Below, piece after piece: positions 49,064 through 60,290 of a stretch of DNA of 64,000 nucleotides. The stretch lies in contig NC_058375.1 of the NCBI RefSeq assembly GCF_018350175.1, positions 1,116,001 through 1,180,000 on the forward strand, in the 5' to 3' direction. The notes beneath the pieces were generated by a model. The model was given only the letters and a program-made list of their open reading frames with translations. It was not told the DNA's origin and searched no databases. Position 1 is the first letter of the stretch; each line of letters starts with the position of its first letter. The position numbers and the translations under genes are program-made. This DNA is from Felis catus (lineage: Eukaryota).

Positions 49064-49349
49064 CTAAATGGATTATCATTCTAAATGCAAGAGCTAAAAA
49101 TATAAAATTCTTAGAAGAAAATACGGGAGAAAATTTTCATGGCTCTGAGTTAAGCAGTCTTCTTAGATATGGAACCAACAGCATAACCAGCAAAAGAAAA
49201 AAGTATGAGTTGGACTTTACCAAAATGTAACACTTTTGTGTTCAAGGGACACCATCAAGAGACTGCAAGACAATCCATAAAATGGGAAAAAACATTTGCA
49301 CATCAGATATTTAATAAGGGGACTTAGCTCCAGCATAAAGAACTCTTAA

Positions 49350-49751
49350 AAAAAATGTTTTATTGGGGCTCCTGAGTGGCTCAGTCAGTTAAGCATCTGA
49401 TTCTTGGTTTCAGCTCAGGTCACGATCTCATGGTTTGAGAGTCTGAGTCCCTCATCAGGCTCTGTGCTGACAGTGTGGAGCCTGCTTGGGATTCTCCCTC
49501 CCACTCTCTCTCTGCCCCTTCCTGTTCTGTCTCTCTCAAAATAAATAAATAAATTTAAAAACAGTTTTGTTTATTTTTGAGAGTGTGTGAGTGGGGGAGG
49601 GGCAGAGAGAGAGGGACAGAGGATCTGAAGCGGTTCTGTGCTGACAGCAGAGAGCCCAACATGGGGCCTGATCCCACGGACCTGTGATATCATGAGCTGA
49701 GGCTCAAATCAATAGTCGGATACTTAACTGACTGAGCCACCCAGTCGCCCC
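49350..49751 (-). mobile_element. CAN-SINE (host; body 49565-49751)
   Basis: Reverse SINE; TSD cataaagaa(c/g)tcttaa at 49334-49349 and 49752-49767 encloses both elements. Confidence 0.85.
49365..49557 (+). mobile_element. CAN-SINE nested in the tail of an opposite-strand SINE
   Basis: ggggctcctgagtggctcag head; flanked by aaaaatgttttatt and aaaaacagttttgtt. Confidence 0.88.
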
Positions 49752-50222
49752 CATAAAGAAGTCTTAATAACTCACAGTAAAAGGACAAGTTACCCGATTT
49801 TTTAAGTGGGCAATGAATAGGTATTTCTCCAAAGCAGATGTACGAATGGTCAATAAATACATGAAAAGATGCTCACATTCCTCCTTGCTAGGGATAATGC
49901 AAATCAGAACCACAAGGAGACACTGCTTCACACCCAGTAGGATGGCCATGACCCAAATGACACATGATGAGAAACGCTGGTCAGGGGGTCGAGCGCCTAG
50001 AGGCCTCAGTCATTGCCGGTGGGGACGTAAAATGTTGCAGCCGAAAGAAAGAAAACACATCCAGACTGGAAAGAAAGAAGTAAAATCGGATGTTTTTGTA
50101 GATGACGTGATCCTCTACATAGAAAATCCTAAGAAATCCTCAGAAAAAATAGCAGAACTAACAAGTGAGTCCAGCAAGGTCAAAGGATATCAGATCAATA
50201 TTTAAATATGAATTGTAGTCTA

Positions 50223-50433
50223 GGGGCATCTGGGTGGCTCAGTCAGTTAAGTATCTGACTCCGGATTTCGGCTCAGGTCATGATCTCGAGGTTCCCGAGT
50301 TCAAGCCTGGCATTGGGCTCTCACTGTCAGCACACAGCCAGCTTTGGATCCTCTGTCCCCCTCTCTCTGTCTGCCCCTCCCCTGCTCATGCATTCTCTCT
50401 CTCAAAATAAACAAACATTAAAAAAAAAAAATC
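50223..50433 (+). mobile_element. CAN-SINE
   Basis: SINE head; TSD AATTGTAGTCTA at 50211-50222 and 50434-50445. Confidence 0.93.
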
Positions 50434-50480
50434 AATTGTAGTCTAGCAATTTCTGAAATGAAGATAAGAAAACAATTCCA

Positions 50481-50680
50481 GGGGCGCCTGGGTGGCTCAG
50501 TGGGTTGGGCGGCTGACTCTTGATTTCAGCTCAGGTCATGATCCCAGGGTCGTGGGATCTAGCCCCAAGTTAGCTCTGCACTGAGTATGGAGCCTGCCTG
50601 GGGCTCTCTCTCTGCCTCTCCCTCTGACCCTCCCCTGCTCGTGTGCCTTCTCTCTCTTTCTCTCTCAAATAAAATTAAAA
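50481..50680 (+). mobile_element. CAN-SINE
   Basis: ggggcgcctgggtggctcag head; TSD ~aaaa(c/a)aattcca. Confidence 0.9.
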
Positions 50681-51191
50681 AAAATTCCATTTACAATAGC
50701 ATAAAAAGAACAAATATTACAAGCGTATTAGTAAACAAATTATAATTATAAATTAAGTAACCAGCAATAAGTTAGCATTTATTAATAAATTTAACAAAAG
50801 AAGTACAAGAGTTGGACACTAAAAATTACAAAGCTCTGGTGAGAGAAAGCAGAGGCATCAATAAACGGGGAGATGTTTCCCGCTGGTGACCTGGAGTGCT
50901 GTCAGCGGTGGTGCCTCCCGGCCAGAGTCCCTAACAACATCCCAGGAGGGTTTTTTTTTTTTTTTTCTTTTTTTGGCAGAAATTGACAAAGCTGATCCTA
51001 AAAAATTTATGTAAAATACAAAGTTCCCAGGATAACCAAAACAATTTTGAAAAAGAAAAACCAAATTGGAGGAATCTCCAATTTCCAAACTCACTATGGG
51101 GCTACAATAATCAGGACGGTGTGGTGGCACAGGGACAGACGCAGGAGCCAATGGAACGAAATAGAGAGTCTGGACATAAACCGTCATTCTT

Positions 51192-51415
51192 TTTTTTTTT
51201 TAATTTTTTTTTAACGTTTATTTATTTTTGAGACAGAGAGAGACAGAGCATGAACGGGGGAGGGGCAGAGAGAGAGGGAGACACAGAATCGGAAGCAGGC
51301 TCCAGGCTCTGAGCTGTCAGCACAGAGCCCAACGCAGGGTTCGAACTCACAGACCGTGAGATCATAACCTGAGCTGAAGTTGGATGCTTAACCGACTAAG
51401 CCACCCGGGCGCCCC
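51192..51415 (-). mobile_element. CAN-SINE (3' unit of dimer, CpG-decayed)
   Basis: Reverse SINE with T tail at 51190-51212. Confidence 0.92.
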
Positions 51416-51438
51416 ACCCTCTCTGTTTAACAAAAAAA

Positions 51439-51649
51439 TTTTTTTTAACGTTTATTTATTTTTGGGACAGAGAGAGACAGAGCATGAACGGGGGAGGGGC
51501 AGAGAGAGAGGGAGACACAGAATCGGAAACAGGCTCCAGGCTCTGAGCCGTCAGCCCAGAGCCCGACGCGGGGCTCGAACTCGCGGACCGCGAGATCGTG
51601 ACCTGAGCTGAAGTCGGACGCTTCACCGACTGAGCCACCCAGGCGCCCC
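51439..51649 (-). mobile_element. CAN-SINE (5' unit of dimer, CpG-intact, young)
   Basis: Reverse SINE retaining many CpGs (cccgacgcggggctcgaactcgcggaccgcgagatcgtg). Confidence 0.95.
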
Positions 51650-52708
51650 TAAACCGTCATTCTTACAGTCAAGCAGTTCGTGACCCAGGTGCCAAGGCAA
51701 TCCAGTGGGGAGGGGACGGTCTTTTCAGCACGTGGTGCTGTGACAGCTGGACAGCCACACGAAAAGAGATGAATTTAGAACTTGATCTCATCCACAAAAA
51801 GTAGCCGAAGACGGATGGCAGAAACCCAAGAGCAAAACTTTTCCCAGAAAACAGGAGAATATCTTTGTGTGCTTGGGTCAGGCTAGGAATTCCCACACAG
51901 GTTACCAATATTATGATCCACAAAGGAAAAAATTTACTCATTGGACTTCATCAGAATTAAAGCCCTTTGTACTTCAGAAGATAGCATTAAGAAAATGATA
52001 AGCCACAGACTGAAACTATTTGCAAAGATGCATCTATAAAAAGACTCGTATTCAGAATACGTCGGGAACTCCAATAACTCAAACCCAGAAGAGGAACAGC
52101 CTAATTTTAAAAAACAGGCAGCATGTTTGGATTAACATTTCTCTGGAGAAGATACACATGTGGCCAATAAACACACGGAAAGCTGCAACACCTCGTCAGC
52201 CGTGAACTGTGGGTCAGAACCGAGAGGGGCACCAAGACGGGGTGCCCCCGGACGCCCCCTCGGGCCGGCTGTGCACGCGCAGGGTGTGGGAAATCCAGCC
52301 CGGGCCCCGCCGACCGCGTCGTAAACGGTGCGGCCACTTTGGGATTCGGCCTGACGGTTTCTTTAAAAATTTACACATAAATCTGCCACGTGACGCGGCG
52401 ACCCCACTCGTGAGCGGATAACCGAGTGACAGAGCACACGGGCCACCCAAACACTCGCGCCGAGCACTGCCACGTGGGTGCACCCCAGCAGAGTGCGCCG
52501 GTCAGAAAAGCGGAGCAGGTGTGAGGAGAGGGGTGGGGTGGGCAGGGGGCCGCAGGCAGGAGGTGCGAGGCACGGTCCGAAACAGACGGCGTGGCGCTGC
52601 TTGCCCGATTCCGGGAATTTGCTAAAGATCATCGAATCGCTTACAGCACAAAGATTTCACGCTATAAAAACGGCACCACGATAAAGCCGTGAAAACAAAC
52701 CAGCTGTG

Positions 52709-52930
52709 GGGGCGTCTGGGAGGCTCGGTCCGTTAAGGGTCGGACCCTTGGTTTCAGCTTAGGTCATGATCTCACGGTTCGTGGGTTCGACCCCCCACGT
52801 TGGGCTCTGCGCTGACAGCGTGGAGCCTGCTTGGGGCCCCCCCTTCTTCTCTCTCTGCCCGTCCCCTGCTGGTGCGCAAGCGCACGCGCTCTCTCTTGAA
52901 ATAGATAAACATAACAAAATAAAATAAAAT
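52709..52930 (+). mobile_element. CAN-SINE (diverged)
   Basis: ggggcgtctgggaggctcgg head; TSD aaaccag(c/t)tgtg at 52697-52708 and 52931-52942. Confidence 0.88.
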
Positions 52931-53322
52931 AAACCAGTTGTGACTGTCTTTGATCCGCGCCGCACACGGGGGCTTCCTGTCAAAGCTCGCAGAAGTCGGA
53001 CGAACTAACGGACGTTAGGAATCCCAGGCACGCATTTTAGTAGCGGTGGTCCTGCCCGGCCACGCACAGGGACCGGTGACCGTGCGGGGGCCCTCTCCGC
53101 ACCGCGCCCTCTGCTCACGGGTCACGGGTGGGACTGGCTTTGGGAGGTCAGCTGGTCCACGCTGTGCGTTGCTGCCCCGCTGGGTCCCTCAAAAAGCAGC
53201 CCAGATGCTACAGGAGACCTGCCCTCCCCGATCACCCACGGAGGACACGGGAACTCGCCCCCCGCAGACGCCAGCGGTGCGTAGAGTCACCCTTCCTCCT
53301 GTAAGACGAGTGGTGGCCACGG

Positions 53323-54355
<1,033 letters not shown>

Positions 54356-55313
54356 TTATCGCTCGCCACGGTCAATCCCCTGCAAGAGCCACCTGACCGA
54401 ATGACCTGGGCAGTCACTAGAACGAGACCGTGACCCCGCCCTGAGGGTCAGCTGTGATTTTTAAGCAATTCCCACAAGTCCACTGAAGAGACTGCAGAGG
54501 GCTGCCAAACGGGGAAGGGCGTAAGCAAGTGGCTCATCAGCATTTGGGTCTGTACACCGTGGAAGGTTCCGGCACATCCTCTGCTTGGTTGGGACTCAGG
54601 CCCTGCATGCCTTGTGTCTGAGTCAGGGGCTCCACGTGTGTGGACGAGGTGCTACGGCCACCTGCCGGGGAGCTGGCCTGGAGGGCGACCCACCCACAGG
54701 CTGGCCCCCACCTCCTGGATCTGCCGGGCGTCCTCTGGGGTCTGAGCGGCCAGAGACAGTGTTTTCAGCGTCTGCTTCCCCCTGAACCCCGAGCCCTGGG
54801 GGGCTGGGAAGGATCCGGGAGTCCCTCCAGGAGACTCCCCCTGACCTAGGCTGCCACTCCCCTTCACAGGACCTGAGCCCCCACCGAGGAGTCCTTCCCG
54901 GCCTGGCGGGCACCTGCCACGGCCTCTCCCCTGCAGGGGACCCTGGGGACCCACCTGAGGTCGTGGCTGGTCAGCTCTGAGTGAGCAGCTGCAGCCCGTG
55001 ACCCCTGGCCCCGGGGTGGCACTTCTGTCCTGGAGTCTAACAGGAGGTCACCTGACCCGGCCAACAGAGGGAGGGGCCCCTGCAGGCCCTCTGTGCTCCA
55101 GTCACAGTGCAGAGAGTTCAGGGAGGGGGACAGGGGCCCAGGGCCCTGCGGGCGGGGACCCTCTGAGGCTGGGACCCTCCTGCTCACAGAGGGGCCATGG
55201 CTGTCCGAGGTTGGACTGGGGCCTCTGCCGGTCACGGTCACGAGCCCTTCCGAAACCCGACTGGAATGTGTTTCTTCTAAAGGGGCTGGGGTTCTAGATG
55301 AACTTCACCATCA

Positions 55314-56318
<1,005 letters not shown>

Positions 56319-59300
56319 TCACCGTGAGGGGTGGAGGTCCGACCACGGCTCACCCCTGGGCCGGGGCTCTGGACAGCGGGCAGCCCCCCGGGCACCCGGC
56401 AGGGGCGGCGACCCGACCGCCGCGGCCACAGGAGGGCCGGGGCTCCAGGTGGGCAGGGGCAGGCCGAGCCCAGCCGCGAGGCCTGGCCATCCCTCCCGCC
56501 CGAGACCCAGACGGCAGAGTCGGCCTTGCGGCCCTTCCCGGTCTCCCAAGGCTGCACCTCGGGGATGCTCGGTGCACGCGGGGCTGAGGTCGCGTCCCCC
56601 AGGAAGTGGCCCCCGGGTGCAGGCGACGGGCCGGACCAAGCCCGCGGGTGCTGCTCTCTCGTCCTGGACTCGGGGCGGGAAGCCCACCGGCAGCGGCAGG
56701 GGCGGCTCCGGAGACACCTGTGAGCACCTAAGTGACCATCAGCGGGTGCCGAGCGCACAGGTACCCGCGTGGGGACGGGGGCGCGGGCGCTTCCACCTAC
56801 ATACGTGTTCTGTGCGTACCTGCGGGCAAGCGTGTTGCGTGTCTGCCTGCGTGTGTGCGTGCGTGGCCGGGCAGCGGCGCTCTCTCACGGTGACGGGTGA
56901 GGTGATCTGGGCGGGAGCCAGCAGAGCAGCGGTCCCGGGCTGAGCTGTGGTCCGTGGGTCGAGGTCGGGGCAGCGCTGGGAGGGCAGGGTGGCTGCCCCC
57001 GGAGCCCCCGGTTACCGTCTGCTTGCTGGGAAACCCTTTCCCTCACGACACCATCCCCAAACCTGACGAGTTACCAGCTTCAGCTGGGCGACAGACCCCT
57101 GGCTGGCCACACGAAAAGCCCACAGGAGCCACACCAGATCCACCGCCCCCAACAGAGGGGCGCCCTTCCGCCTGGAAACCTCTGGGCTTGGGCCCGGGGC
57201 CCGGCGGCAGCAGGTGACACAGTAGGATGTGGTCAGGCCCCAAGGAGGCCGGGGCAGGGGCGGTGGCCACAGGTGAGGGCTGCGTCTTGCAGAGCGACAC
57301 CTCCCTGTGGGGCCCCGCGGCCTCGCGGCCTCCCTCGGCCTCGTCGCTCCAGCTCCCTCCGTCCCACCGACGTGAGAGCTGCTGTTTCTGTGCCCCCTTG
57401 TGCTCTGGGCAAGCCTGCTACCTGCCCTCACCCTGCAGTGCTCGTCCCTGTCCCTGGGCAGGCATGTGGGTCACCCCACCCTGCGGGGATGGGAGCAGGG
57501 CCCCTGGAGCCCAGCCATGTGCTCACGTGCCCACCCAGGCACCAGCCCCATGCCCGCACCTCCCTCTCTGGGCTCCAGACGCTCCCGCACACGGACCCAA
57601 ACCCTGTAGCCCCGCCCTGCCCACGGGGGCACCCGAGACTCCTGGAGGCAGGGGCCACAGCTCCCACGGGTGGACACTCTTGTAAATGCTTCTTGGCTCC
57701 CTCGGGCCTGCATCAGGGCCCAAATCGACACAGGCCGAAGGGCCCTCCAAATGGCGCGATGGCTGCTGAGCCAGTCGCCCGCGCCCGCCCACCTCACAGC
57801 CATTTCCGCCACGACAGCCGCCGCCTCTCGTCCCCGCTCGCACTCCCGTCCACCAAGCCAAGCACCGGCGCAGCCTTGCCTGGGAAGCATCGGACTCTCG
57901 GGTCATTCCACACCCAGGGCCTCCGAGGAGGAGGGCGGCCCGTGGGCACAGGCGCCCCCGTCCCCCGGCGACCTTTAACTCGCCTGCTAGAACCTGAGCC
58001 CAGACCGCAGCTCCGGGGCAGCTGGGCTTCCGCGGCTTCAGTGCAGAACCACACGGGGACGAGCACACTCGGGTGTGCCACGCAACTCAGCCAGCGTGGG
58101 ACCTTTTCTAATTAATGTCATAAATCATACCTGTGAGAGCCCTGCCCTTTCTCCGCCGACACACGCCCGAAGCACGAGTCACCACTCCTACAACTGTCTC
58201 CTGGAGGAGGCTGGACCCCCACGAGGAGGGGCGAGTGCATTCCACCCGGGGCGGGGGCTCCCTCCGCCCAGGGAGCCGGCTGGCGCCCAGGCCGGGGCTG
58301 CTGCACGGTGGGAGCCATCCCGGGAGGAAGCGCGGGGCCTGTGTCCACACCACAAAGACCGAGGGAACGGGGTCCAGTGTTAGGAGACGGTCCCGCGGGA
58401 CGACGGTGAGGCACGCCTGTCAGCCGCGGCTGCGGGGCTCCCCTAGGACCCCGAGGGTGATGCTGTGGACTGAGCAGCTGGGCCCACCTCTGGGCGCCCA
58501 GGGCTCCACAGGATGGGACCCGCCTGTTTGGAGCCTCCCTGAACAGAGTGGGGCCAATGGGATGAGAGATTCGTGGCTTGTGCCCACAAGTGATGGGGAT
58601 AAATTGTGTGAGACAAGCGCTCGACTCTCTTCTCATTTAAGGAAGCGCCCTGCTTGACCGATGCGACTTTTCTTTCGGAGGGAAAAGTTGCTGCGCTTTC
58701 ATGGTTACCGCTTCCGTGCCGGCCCCTCCCCCGTGCTCCCTGAATCTGCTGCCTGGCACACTGGCGGCCACTCAAAGAGGCATTCGCGGTCTCCGCACCA
58801 CGCCAAACCTCGGAGCTGGAGCAGGTGACCACTTCCTTTGAGGTCACGGGCTCGCAGACCAGGTCGGGGTGGCTGGGGTCGGGTCACATATGAGGAAATG
58901 GCCACGGGCCACCTGCCCGGGCCCCGCGACTGTCCAGGAGCCCTGGTCTCCCCGGCTTGCGGGACGGCCTGCAGGGGTGGCAGTGACCGCACAGGCTGGC
59001 ACGACGGTGGCATGGGTGTGCGCCCCACTCTTGTCTCCCGAACACCGGGGTCACAAGGTGTCATGCTTGACCTCCGTGACCCTGCTGTAAGTTCCCGGGA
59101 TTTCACGGTGTCAGCGGTGGCTCTTGCTGCCTGCCCGCGTCCGTTTCTGAAGTCTGTGGACATCTGAACCTCACGTGGAGCCTGTAGCCTGGCGTTGGCT
59201 CCTGCGATGGCTCCGGCAGCCCAGACCCTCCTCCCACACATGCTCGAAAAGGCCCAGATGCCTCTTCTGTCCTGCGTGCAGCGCCCCCCGGGGTCACGGC

Positions 59301-59959
59301 CCCACATCCCTGGACTGTGAGGGGGGGTGTGGGGACACAAAGGCCCCCGGCGCTCCTGCAGACGCAGGGGAGCCGCCAGCAGGTGAAGACACACATAAGG
59401 CCGGCCACCTGCTCCCTGCGGCAGGCAGGTGCACCGACCAGCAGGCCTCCCTCTGGGAGAGCCAGCACGGAAACGCAGCCAATGTGCACGGACAGCCCGG
59501 AAGCCAGCAGCTGCCGGTGGGGACCACGCCGCAGCCGCACAGGTAGGGAGCGCTCGGCTGTGCGAACAGCTCGGGCCTGCCTCCACTCCGCGGGAGTGCG
59601 GCTCGCCCCCACGGCGCTATCGGCCCCCAGGCCCCGTCCGCTATTGTGCATGGCACCCACACTGGTTGGGGCAGGTTTTCCGGAACAGAGAAGGGCAGAT
59701 GCTGGTGGGAAAGTAATGTGGCACAGCCGCCGTGGGAACCGTGAGGAGTTCCTTGCACATCCAGCAGTGAGCTACCCCGCGGTCCAGAAGTCCCCGTGGT
59801 GGGTCCACGGCCGCAGAACCGGGTGCAGGCCCTGTGAGGGCTGGGCGCCCCCCCCCCCACGCGCACAGCAGCAGGCGCTTGAGGAGCCGAGGGGTGGGAG
59901 CCACCCCGGTGCCCACCGACGGAGGCACGAACACGACGTGGTCCCTCCACGCCGTGGAG

Positions 59960-60290
59960 GATCATCCGGCCCTAAAGAGGGAGGAACACAGATGCCCTCG
60001 GGGGCACCGTGCTCCGTGACAGCGGCCCATCCCCACAGGACAGACCCCGTGGGACTCCGGGGACGCGCAGTACACGCGGGGGTCGAATCCACAGAGAGTG
60101 GCGGGGTGGGCGCCAGTGTTTCATGGGGCAGAGCATCCGTTTGGGAAGGTGGAAGGTCCTGGAAATGGGCGGCGGGGACGGCCGCGCAACCGTGTGAACG
60201 TGCTTGATACCTCCGAACTTCACGCTTGGTGGTTAAGACGGTACGTTTCAGGTCAGGAGTATCTCACGAGATACACAGATCGTTTCCAAG
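59960..60290 (+). mobile_element. Ancient L1MB/MC-type 3' end fragment
   Basis: gtgtttcatggggcagagcatccgtttgggaaggtggaaggtcctggaaatggg...gtgtgaacgtgcttgatacctccgaacttcacgctt aligns to the recalled L1MB 3'UTR (gtgtttaatgggtacagagtttcagtttgggaagatgaaaaagttctggagatgg...). Confidence 0.78.

Larger units (their letters stand above)
43140..50040 (+). mobile_element. Ancient L1 'A' (L1MC/MD-like): 5'UTR, ORF1, ORF2 endonuclease, RT core deleted, ORF2 C-terminus; interrupted by younger insertions
   Basis: ORF1 KEKILKAARE-like motif split at 44756/45500; LNVNG..KQDP.ICCLQ-like endonuclease start at ~46540-46640; KILNKILAN-like (~48690) joined directly to GKxSLFN.W.WDN-like (~48740); ORF2 C-terminal motifs at 49810-49950. 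All frames are disrupted. Confidence 0.85.
50045..53045 (+). mobile_element. Ancient L1 'B', 5'-truncated (RT C-half to 3' region), interrupted by SINEs
   Basis: KHIQTGKKEVKSDVFVDDVILYIENPKKS (F/YADD motif region) at 50054-50140; a second copy of the SLF..WC.D.W block at ~51720 and of the ORF2 C-terminal block at ~52130-52200. Confidence 0.82.

Noticed and set aside
49813-50205. 130-aa ORF with an RT-like FVDDVILYIENP motif as a functional or domesticated reverse transcriptase
   Set aside because: It fuses two non-colinear L1 pieces across the A/B junction, and the surrounding frames are full of stops and SINE insertions.
44497-52930. tRNA-like A/B-box sequences
   Set aside because: These are the tRNA-derived heads of CAN-SINEs, with (CT)n, A tails and TSDs, not tRNA genes.
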